Positions 1-7,965 of a stretch of DNA of 9,950 nt are shown here, piece by piece; positions within the stretch are counted from its first letter, which is position 1; each line of letters begins with the position of its first letter. Made by a program: the position numbers and the translations under genes. Under the pieces are notes generated by a model that did not search any database, had not been told where the DNA came from, and worked only from the letters and a program-made list of their open reading frames with translations. Source of the DNA: Octopus sinensis (Eukaryota); assembly GCF_006345805.1 (NCBI RefSeq), contig NW_021827831.1, positions 1 to 9,950 of the forward strand, read 5' to 3'.

Positions 1-103
1 ATATATATATATATATCATACATATATACTATATATATATATTATATATATACTATATACATATATATATATATACCATACATATATATATGTATATATG
101 TAC

Positions 104-180
<77 letters not shown>
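1..180. repeat. (TA)n microsatellite
   Basis: Imperfect TA dinucleotide run with occasional CA units. Confidence 0.97.
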
Positions 181-1040
181 CACTATTATAAACCCCTTTT
201 TGTATATGTATCTGTATGCATTATTTTTATACCACTTTTTCTTGTATATTCATATTAATTAATATCTATGTATTATCCTTATCTTATAATCCTGCTTCTG
301 ATTCATTACTCTTGATCAATAGATAATATGTATATCTTTCCAGATATTCCATGCGTAAGTGGTTTGATTGGTCTTTATAGACATAACCAAATAATTTATT
401 AATTAAGCTAAGATCAGACATTAAATTGATTCTACATAATATTAATCTTCCTTTTAATGTTTATAACGATTCGTAAACACATTTTGGCAACTTGGTTAAG
501 ATAACACTATCTAGAATTTTATTTTGTTCTTATACAACATAATATTATTGTTTATAAGCGTTTCTTCCACTGATCCCCTAATATTTTCTTGAATCTCAGT
601 CTAGCATCCTAAGTTTCATAGTGTTTGCCCCTTTAACTGCTAATAACATCATGGATTAATGTCACCCTACCCAACCTCTTTTATAGAAATTACTTCTAAT
701 TGACACTTTCTAAAGTTTTGCTTCTTTTTCATGTGGGTAGAGGGGCACTTTGACAATATTTATGTCCAATGCCCAGCGATGACATGTCAACTCATTTTGC
801 TTTTTATTCTAAATATACACAGTCTTCTAGTCTCAAATTTCAGTTTATGATAAAGAGACAGATAAATTGGAAATGAATTACAACCTCACTGTGTTCCATG
901 CCAATCTATAAAAAAATATAGTCCGTTCTCTTAGCTATTCTTTCTACGATAGCGACATGAATTTCTTCCATCTTCTTCCTCTTTTAAAATATTTAAGAAA
1001 ACTTATATTTATGTATCTTGTCTGTTGAAGTTCCATATTT

Positions 1041-1145
1041 GTGCAGCTGAAGATAGCGGTGTATTTAAATTGATGTAATTATTAAATTGATGCAACGATT
1101 GCATTGTTCAATTAAATGGATTCGCTTGAAACGGCCGTGCTTAAT
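1041..1145 (+). ncRNA. Degenerate minimal type-I hammerhead ribozyme (same family as 7784-7872)
   Basis: gtgcag-CTGAAGA(1047-1053)-long stem II-GAAA(1128-1131)-CGGCCG palindrome-TG. The internal sequence (taaattgatg..gattgcattgttcaattaaatgga) aligns with the 7784-7872 copy. The triplet is GUG and the 3' strand of stem I is eroded, so it is probably inactive. Confidence 0.6.
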
Positions 1146-1168
1146 TACTACTTGAAATCATGTTACTG

Positions 1169-1195
1169 ATATATATATATATATATAATATATAT

Positions 1196-1277
<82 letters not shown>

Positions 1278-1283
1278 TGTGTG
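1169..1283. repeat. Compound (TA)n-(TG)n microsatellite
   Basis: Direct reading of the sequence. Confidence 0.97.
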
Positions 1284-1290
1284 TATAGTT

Positions 1291-1460
1291 GTGAAGGCGT
1301 GTGGCTTAGTGGATAGGGCATTCGGCTTACGACTGTAAGGACGTGAGTTCAATTCCCGGCGACACGTTGTGTCCTTGAGCAAGACACTTTATTTCACGTT
1401 GCTCCAGTCCACTCAGCTGGCAAAAATGGGTAGTATCTGTATTTCATAGGGCCGGCCCTA
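1291..1460 (+). mobile_element. tRNA-derived CORE-type SINE, 3'-truncated
   Basis: A box TGGCTTAGTGG (1302-1312) and B box AGTTCAATTCC (1346-1356). The following gttgtgtccttgagcaagacact..ccagtccactcagctggcaaaaatggg (1366-1430) resembles the MIR/CORE domain consensus (tgtgaccttgggcaagtcactt..cagtttcctcatctgtaaaatggg). Confidence 0.8.
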
Positions 1461-1803
1461 TGTGTATATGTGTGTATATATATATACACACACACATATA
1501 TATATATACATACATATATATATAAATATATATATACATATTTATTTTCAAACACACACACACATACATATACATGCATATATATATATCCATATGTATA
1601 TCACATGTATGTACATGTATGTATATATTCATATACATGTATGTGTATATATATACATATATATGTGTGCGTGTGTGTGTGTGTGAATACCGCCCATACA
1701 TACACATGTAAATACATGCACACATACACACGCATGCACACACATGCACACAGCAACAAACACAGGCATACTCAAACGCAACACAACACACACACACACA
1801 CAC
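1460..1803. repeat. Degenerate mixed (TA)/(CA)/(TG) purine-pyrimidine alternating repeat
   Basis: Direct reading; it is the source of several low-complexity ORFs. Confidence 0.93.
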
Positions 1804-2419
1804 AAGATGTCTGACATTGTCTTCTGTCTTGATTCACGTATGCACTTAAATGTTCAAAGAATTTGGAGACTTGCCAGGAATATCAATTAATGTCCATGCC
1901 TTCTGTATCAATAAAAGGCACGAACATGAAACACCATTAAATACCCTCTTATTGATTTCAAGCAGAGACGACTTACCGAACTTTGTTTGTAACAACAATA
2001 TACTACAAAGAAATCTTTGGAACCGAAACGAATCTGAAGGAAACGAAATCGTTGTTTAGACGGCAAAATCTGAAAAAGAACCAGCAGTTACTGAAAATAA
2101 ATATTACCACCAATGAGGAAAGCTAATTGAGCAGTCATCAAAAGATAATAACATACGTGCTATCAAAAATTGGGTGATGTAAAGCAGAAATCAAGAGAAG
2201 TAAAGGGATAGCTTAGGAAATCGTTTGAAGGAAAAAAAAAATCAAAAAAACATGTCGGATATGTTAACTTGAAGAAATATCAATATCAAAATTCAGGAAT
2301 AAAAAATGGCTGAAATATTATGTATGGTCCACTGTAGACTATAGAAATGAAACATGGACAGAAACAGAATTATTATCAAACTGATTACAAAGTCTTTGAG
2401 AAACTTGGTTATATATGTG

Positions 2420-2456
<37 letters not shown>

Positions 2457-2680
2457 GTGAATGTTGAGAACATTAAGGACCGAATACAAAATCGATGTTG
2501 AAGTAAAAGGAATAACAAATGATAAAAGCTAAGACTATTTTATTATGTAGCGTCAAAGAGAGAGAAAAGTCAAATATTTTTGGTCCATTAATTAGAAACG
2601 AGACGAATGACAGACACTGTTAACAGGTTCTAAGGGAAAAGAAGAAGGAAAAAAGTAAGGCTGTACAGGCTGCATCCGTT
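1803..2680 (+). pseudogene. Decayed RTE-clade LINE reverse transcriptase and C-terminal fragment
   Basis: Collinear motifs across stops and frameshifts: MFKEFGDLPGISIN; RHEHETPL (decayed RYADDTVL, ~1916-1939); FGTETNLKETKS (GL.IN.KKTK); CKAEIKRSKGIA (2178-; EIKRRIGIA); LKYYVWSTVDYRNETWT (2310-2360; LKCYVWS.LLYG.ETWT); ETWLY; MLRTLRTEYKIDVEV; ERKVKYF..LIR; GKEEGKK (GKIEGKR). Confidence 0.82.
2421..2454. repeat. (TA)n expansion interrupting the RTE fragment
   Basis: The TA run lies between the ..ETWLY and ..MLRT motifs, which are adjacent in RTE proteins. Confidence 0.9.
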
Positions 2681-2945
2681 ATGTATATGTGTATATAACA
2701 CACACACACACACATATAATTACACACACACACATTCATACACACACACACCCACACACATTCATACACACATACAAACACACATATATAATCACACACA
2801 TATATATAACTACACACGCACACACACACACACACACACATATATAATCACACGCGTACACGCACACATGCATGCACACACACATATAATCATGCGCACA
2901 CACGCACACACTCACATACACTCACACACACAAACAAACACACGT
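2681..2945. repeat. (CA)-rich microsatellite with recurrent cacatatataatcacac unit
   Basis: CA runs are punctuated several times by catat(at)aat(c/t)acac. Confidence 0.92.
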
Positions 2946-2973
2946 TTACATATTTATGTTTGTACGTATATAT

Positions 2974-3034
2974 TCTTTTACTCTTTACTCTTTTACTCGT
3001 TTCAGCCATGCGGCCGCGGTCACGCTGGAGCACC
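2974..3034 (-). mobile_element. Isolated 3' tail of the SINE family at 3261-3678
   Basis: The reverse complement reads ggtgctccagcgtgaccgcgg..ctgaaacgagtaaaagagtaaagagtaaaaga, matching 3609-3678. Confidence 0.85.
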
Positions 3035-3260
3035 ATCGTGGTCCTTCTAATGTCCTCAGTCTGGGGGTGTTCCACATCCCCACTCTTGTATGTGCCTCTG
3101 TCCCAGCAGAGGCACATACTTGATGTATAAGGGAGTTTGATTTCGCTGCCCTCGTCTGCACCTCATTTAAATAAAATCTTTGATTCAAAGACACTCTATA
3201 CTTGGAATGACCAATTTTAAATACTACTGGAATTTACTCACAAGGTACTGGAATCTTAAA

Positions 3261-3678
3261 GGCGCAGGAGTGGCTGTGTGGTAAGTAGCTTGCTAACCAA
3301 CCACACGGTTCCGGGTTCAGTCCCACTGCGTGGCATCTTGGGCAATTGTCTTCTGCTATAGCCCCGGGCCGACCAATGCCTTGTGAGTGGATTTGGTAGG
3401 CGGAAACTGAAAGAAGCCTGTCGTATATATGTATATATATATGTGTGTGTATGTGTGTGTGTTTGTGTTTGTCCCCCTAGCATTGCTTGACAACCGATGC
3501 TGGTGTGTTTACGTCCCCGTCACTTAGCGGTTCGGCAAAAGAGACTGATAGAATAAGTACTGGGCTTACAAAGAATAAGTCCCGGGGTCGAATTGCTCAA
3601 CTAAAGGCGGTGCTCCAGCATGGCCGCAGTCAAAGGACTGAAACAAGTAAAAGAGTAAAAGAGTAAAGAGTAAAGAGT
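3261..3678 (+). mobile_element. Apparently full-length tRNA-derived SINE with internal microsatellite and (AAGAGTA)n-type tail
   Basis: A box TGGCTGTGTGG (3271-3281), B box GGTTCAGTCCC (3314-3324), CORE-like cttgggcaattgtctt, an internal (TA)/(TG) tract at ~3424-3465, and a tandem tail at 3646-3678. Partial copies occur at 2974-3034 and 7294-7424. Confidence 0.9.
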
Positions 3679-3819
3679 GTATACCATTCTACCTAAAAAA
3701 TGGATCTACAAATGCAATATCCCTGCATATCTCACATCTATTTTCTCTTATTTCCTCCACTTCACTCTCTATTTTATATCTTATCTAAATTAACTATTTC
3801 TTAACCACCCTCTCGCACC

Positions 3820-3867
3820 GTCTCCGATGAAGGGATATAATAAATATCCTGGAAACAGCTGTAAGAC
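3820..3867 (+). ncRNA. Minimal type-I hammerhead ribozyme, U4C core variant
   Basis: Stem I gtct(3820-3823)/agac(3864-3867); core CCGATGA(3824-3830); stem II gggatat-aataa-atatcct; GAAA(3852-3855); palindrome CAGCTG; triplet GUA with predicted cut after 3863. Confidence 0.72.
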
Positions 3868-4191
3868 CTTTTATTTATAAATGTTCTAAAATCTACACAG
3901 CCTTGGTTTTTTTTATCGCATTACGAAAAAAAAAATTATATACGCACGCTGACATATGACCGACGTTGAACCTCTTATTCTCATAATCACCGAACCTGGA
4001 ACTTAACTGTGATTCATCTATAGCACTTATTCAGTGCTATAGATGGACCAATATACTGCTGGTAGTATATCCAATATACTGCAGGTAGAATACCCAATTA
4101 TTAATACACAAGTGATTTTTATTGCATTGCAATTACATTACCTAGTGTACTAAATGGGTGAAGGTAAAGAGATATTTTACCAGTAATTTAT

Positions 4192-4478
4192 AGAGCAATA
4201 AGAAAATGGAGGGGATCAATAGGTGGTTCATCAACTTTTAGACATTATATTATGTCTATTTATTTATTTACTAAAATGACAATTATAACAATATACATAC
4301 ATGTATAACATATCATGCTTTACATATATAATATATAAAATACAAAAATATCAGAAATTATTAAGATGTATAACATACAAGAATAGAAATGGAGAAAATA
4401 AATAAATAAATTGACTTAATATAACGTCTAAAAGTTGATGAATACCACATATTGATCCACTCCATTTTCTTATTGTTC

Positions 4479-4479
<1 letters not shown>
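4192..4479. repeat. Inverted repeat pair, ~80-bp arms (4192-4270 / 4399-4479)
   Basis: agagcaataagaaaatggaggggatcaataggtggttcatcaacttttagacattatattatgtc is the near reverse complement of gacttaatataacgtctaaaagttgatgaataccacatattgatccactccattttcttattgttct. Confidence 0.93.
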
Positions 4480-4542
<63 letters not shown>

Positions 4543-4557
4543 ATATATATATATATA
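4478..4557. repeat. Compound (TCTG)n-(TC)n-(TA)n microsatellite
   Basis: Direct reading of the sequence. Confidence 0.95.
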
Positions 4558-4730
4558 GTGAACGTACGTGGACTAGTGGTTAGGGTGTTGTCCATCACGA
4601 TCATAATGTCGTGCGTTCGATTTCTGGATCAGGTGGCACGTTCTGATCTTGAACGGGGTACTTCGTTTCTCATTACTTCAGTCCGTTCAGCTGTAAATGC
4701 GTACCAACCTTCTGCTGGTGTTGATCCAAC
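4558..4730 (+). mobile_element. Old, diverged tRNA-derived CORE-type SINE
   Basis: A box TGGACTAGTGG (4569-4579), B-box-like GTTCGATTTC (4615-4624), and a decayed CORE (..ttcagtccgttcagctgtaaatgcgtacc). Collinear with 1291-1440. Confidence 0.7.
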
Positions 4731-4763
4731 TACGCTCTCTCTCTGTATCTTCTACCCGGTGCG

Positions 4764-4927
4764 CCCATTAAATCTTTTGTTTAATTGTTCTGTTGTACAA
4801 CCAACATAATTCAAGTTGTGTTTCGTGCATTTTGCCGCGTACACCAAATGGGAATCTCTACATGTCCCACCTTCAGTATAAATTATAACATTTCTGTTGT
4901 GATTTCTGATGGAATTCACTTCAATCG
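4764..4927 (-). pseudogene. N-terminal half of PLE GIY-YIG endonuclease (inverted segment)
   Basis: The minus-strand ORF reads IIYTEGGTCRDSHLVYAAKCTKHNLNYVGCTTEQLNKRFNG, fitting the C....(V/I)Y...C......Y(I/V)G.T...L..RFNG pattern of PLE endonucleases. Confidence 0.88.
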
Positions 4928-4928
4928 T

Positions 4929-5180
4929 GGGTACAGATTCGACGCCAGGCACAAATAACAGTAGTTCGACAGAACTTGCTGAACATTTCGTTTCAAGTAG
5001 CTGCAATTTTGAAGAAGACTTGAAAGTGCATATTCTCAGAAAATATTCCGAATCTGCTACACTTTCACTTCTCAAAATGCATGAGGAGAAATATGTTTGC
5101 GGGTTATTAACATCACGTCCTCGAGGAATGAATAAAATGACAGGAGAATATCATCAAATTGATACAAGACTGATTAAATA
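4929..5180 (+). pseudogene. C-terminal half of PLE GIY-YIG endonuclease
   Basis: GYRFDAR, then after a frameshift TELAEHFVSSSCNFEEDLKVHIL..HEEKYVCGLLTSRPRGMNK. This matches the A.HF..DL.V.IL..E..(W/Y)IC.L.T..P.G(L/M)N pattern, including the conserved Glu and Asn. Confidence 0.88.
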
Positions 5181-5440
5181 TTCTTTCTCTCTTTTTCTTT
5201 CCTCTTTTTTTTTGTCTCTTTTTTCTGTCTTCTACTTTTTGCCTGTTATAAAATTGAAACTTAAAGACTGGTGATGTCGTTCCATCAACGTGTGGACGCT
5301 GGTTGCTCTCGTTCATACTTCAAATTTAAGTTTCTATAATTTTGGATTTTTATCACTTCTTATTTTGAACGACAGATTTGCTGTCGAAATATCGTTCAAC
5401 CAATAAAATATCTATTGCAATCGCATCGCGCTCTTCGTCT

Positions 5441-5457
5441 AACAACAACAACAACTA

Positions 5458-5510
<53 letters not shown>

Positions 5511-5573
5511 TACTACTGCTGCTGCTGCTGCTGCTGCTACTATTACTACTACTACTACTACTATTACAACAAT

Positions 5574-5640
<67 letters not shown>
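5441..5640. repeat. Compound trinucleotide microsatellite (AAC)-(TAC)-(TGC)-(TAC)-(AAC)-(AAT)
   Basis: Direct reading of the sequence. Confidence 0.97.
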
Positions 5641-5641
<1 letters not shown>

Positions 5642-6174
5642 AATGCCCTGATGCAGTACCAGGCAATGGCTCTCATGGCATCTGATTGGAAGTGTTATCA
5701 TGTACATTGTTTTGTCTTGGTATAAAAGACGGGCTACAGCAAATATTCTGCTCAATCCCTCAGATTTGCTCGTCAGTTGTTTGACCTTAACCAGTTGAAC
5801 ATGTCTCTTGGTGGCTGACGATATGTGCATCTCTGATCACGAGCAGAAGTAGTGGGGGAGCATCATAGCCATGTGTTGAGAGGGATTCTTTGGAGTTTGA
5901 ATAATTCACCTCTGGAAACATGGGTGTTTCATCATCCTTAAACGACCTTTATTCAGGGACCTTTTGAGCGGGATGGGCTGCAGTAGATTCTAACTGGGCC
6001 CCACCTGCAAGGTCATGTGCTGTTTATCTTGATATGAAATCAACATGTTGCGCACATATGGTTGTGATGCATGTGCCTGGTGTACCCTTATGACGGGTAG
6101 TCATGATGGGTATACAGGGCTTCGTATATTTGTACCCCAGTGTCACTTTGATGGCATGCGTTGCTCTCTCACTC
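5641..6174. mobile_element. Probable non-coding interspersed element embedded in (AAT)n
   Basis: A ~530-bp complex block, more GC-rich than its surroundings, with sharp edges and AAT repeats directly on both sides. No coding motif or Pol III boxes recognised. Family unassigned. Confidence 0.55.
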
Positions 6175-6181
6175 AATAATA

Positions 6182-6235
<54 letters not shown>

Positions 6236-6278
6236 GTGATGGTGATGATGCTGATGCTGCTGCTGATGATGATGATAG

Positions 6279-6321
<43 letters not shown>

Positions 6322-6412
6322 CATGATCATGACGACGACGACGACGACGATCATGACGATAATGACGATGATGATAACGATGATGATGATGACGATGATG
6401 ATGATGACGATT

Positions 6413-6464
<52 letters not shown>

Positions 6465-6640
6465 CGACGACGACGACGACGATCATGACGATAATGACGA
6501 TGATGATGACGATGATGATGAGGAGGACGGCGACGATGGTTATGATGATGATGAATGTGATAACCAATAATAATGATAATAATAATACTAATAATAACTG
6601 TACTACGAATAATAATAATAATAATAATAATAATATAAAT
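6175..6640. repeat. (GAT)n/(GAC)n microsatellite grading into (AAT)n
   Basis: Direct reading. The internal block (gac)n-gatcatgacgataatgacgatgatgat occurs twice (~6331 and ~6463). Confidence 0.97.
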
Positions 6641-6854
6641 ATGAGTAAGACCAGCTGCAATGGACAGAAATATTTGCAGCAATCAGCTGCCATTATCATT
6701 AGTGTGTTTATTTGTAATTATCGTCTTCGTTCGTTAATTACGTCTTTCCGTTTTTGTTGGCGGAATCAGAATGATGATTATTGAATGTTATGAATATATA
6801 ATGAGTACGAAAATGTCAATGTTATTGATCACATCAGTAACAACAACAGCGTCA

Positions 6855-6873
6855 TGTATATATATATATATAT

Positions 6874-6947
<74 letters not shown>

Positions 6948-6952
6948 GTATA

Positions 6953-6984
<32 letters not shown>

Positions 6985-7004
6985 CATTGTATATATACAC
7001 TCAC

Positions 7005-7039
<35 letters not shown>

Positions 7040-7140
7040 TACAGTGCATACATAAACACATACATAAAGTATAGTTACATACTACATATATATATATATA
7101 TGTGTGTGTGTGTGTATATGTATGTGTATACATGTGTGTG
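6855..7140. repeat. (TA)n with (CA)/(TG) segments
   Basis: Direct reading of the sequence. Confidence 0.95.
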
Positions 7141-7293
7141 CGTAAAGAACGGTATAGATTCGATAATATTACGTCATTGGAATCAGTTTGAGGTACCTGA
7201 TAGCAGTCGCTGATTTTTACTAGACATAGCAGTCAAATTGCTATATAAGGAGTTGTATGACCAGGTGATCAGCTTTAATGCAATGAAAAAGAA

Positions 7294-7424
7294 CTTTAGT
7301 CGAATGAGTCGACCTCAGTGCTTACTCTATCGGTCTCTTTTGTCGAACCGCTAAGTTACAGGGACGTAAACACACCAGTACCGGTTGCCAAGCGTTGGTA
7401 GAGGACAAACACAGACACAAACAC
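7294..7424 (-). mobile_element. 3'-half fragment of the SINE family at 3261-3678
   Basis: The reverse complement matches ~3460-3606 (gtgtttgtcc..ggtgtgtttacgtccc..cttagcggttcg.caaaagagac.gataga..gtcga..actaaag). Confidence 0.88.
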
Positions 7425-7429
7425 CCCCA

Positions 7430-7439
7430 TAATATATAT

Positions 7440-7483
<44 letters not shown>

Positions 7484-7490
7484 ATATATA
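7430..7490. repeat. (TA)n microsatellite
   Basis: Direct reading of the sequence. Confidence 0.95.
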
Positions 7491-7639
7491 TTGGGTATGG
7501 TAAATGAGTTCGGCAAAAAATTTAGATTCAGGTGAATATGGTACTTAAGTTGAGGCACCAGAATTTAGTACGGTATTATCAATACAATTTCAAAGTAAGG
7601 TGATTAAAATCAAAATAGCAACAAGGATATCCAGAGGTA

Positions 7640-7728
7640 ATGCAGCACGATCATTTCATGCAACTCCATTTAATTGAACAATGCAATCATTACATCAATT
7701 TAAAATGCAGTGCAATCCTCAACTGCAC
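7640..7728 (-). ncRNA. Mutated hammerhead copy (probably inactive)
   Basis: The minus strand reads gtgcag-TTGAGGA-stem II-GAAA-TGATCG-TG-ctgcat: C3U, a broken palindrome and a GUG triplet. Confidence 0.65.
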
Positions 7729-7783
7729 AAAGACATATACTAATGTGTCCATCTGTTCTAATTTAATTTAATTCTCTGTCTTT

Positions 7784-7872
7784 GTGTAGCTGAGGATTGC
7801 TCTGCATTTTAAATTGATGTAATGATTGCATTGTTCAATTAAATGGAGTTGCATGAAACGATCGTACTGCAT
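7784..7872 (+). ncRNA. Type-I hammerhead ribozyme with intact core, long stem II and palindromic minimal stem III
   Basis: Stem I gtgtag(7784-7789)/ctgcat(7867-7872); CTGAGGA(7790-7796); stem II tgc/gca, cattt/aaatg, aattga/tcaatt; GAAA(7855-7858); CGATCG; triplet GUA with predicted cut after 7866. Confidence 0.8.
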
Positions 7873-7904
7873 TACCTCTGGATATCCTAGTTGCTTATTT
7901 TGAT

Positions 7905-7930
7905 AATATATATATATATATTTAACATAG

Positions 7931-7965
<35 letters not shown>

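Larger units (their letters stand above)
4764..5440 (+). mobile_element. 5'-truncated, 5'-inverted Penelope-like retroelement (Neptune-like)
   Basis: Contains both GIY-YIG halves (listed below), then a pyrimidine tract (5180-5245), hammerhead-like remnants (5268-, 5365-5400) and AATAAA (5402-5407), and ends at an (AAC)n tract. Confidence 0.8.
7609..7904. repeat. Inverted repeat, ~128-bp arms (7609-7735 / 7777-7904), 41-bp spacer; pseudo-LTR-like
   Basis: Manual alignment gives 6 substitutions and 1 indel between the arms. Each arm contains a hammerhead motif. Confidence 0.95.

Noticed and set aside
181-1040. AT-rich stretch as an exon or the PLE body upstream of the 1041 hammerhead
   Set aside because: No long ORF or protein motif recognisable by eye, so it is left unannotated.
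1291-1360. tRNA genes at 1291-1360, 3261-3330 and 4558-4630
   Set aside because: A and B boxes are present, but no proper cloverleaf or acceptor stem was found and each continues into a SINE body.
2990-3062. Minus-strand CTGAGGA..GAAACGAGTA hammerhead-like order
   Set aside because: The GAAA half belongs to the SINE tail, there is no stem I pairing, and stem III has only a 2-nt non-palindromic loop. It is a chance juxtaposition.
4007-4050. CTGTGA + hairpin + GACC as a hammerhead
   Set aside because: Both core boxes deviate from consensus, and there is no stem III palindrome or stem I.
4048-4098. CRISPR-like repeats
   Set aside because: Only two adjacent units with no spacers, in a eukaryotic context with no cas genes.
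6103-6784. Poly-Asp / poly-Met / poly-His / poly-Ile ORFs
   Set aside because: They are translations of the (GAT)n microsatellite, open in several frames because the repeat lacks stops. There is no evidence of a real acidic or His-rich protein.
7140-7290. Possible additional repeat fragment with tagcagtc occurring twice
   Set aside because: Too short and diverged to assign from the sequence alone.
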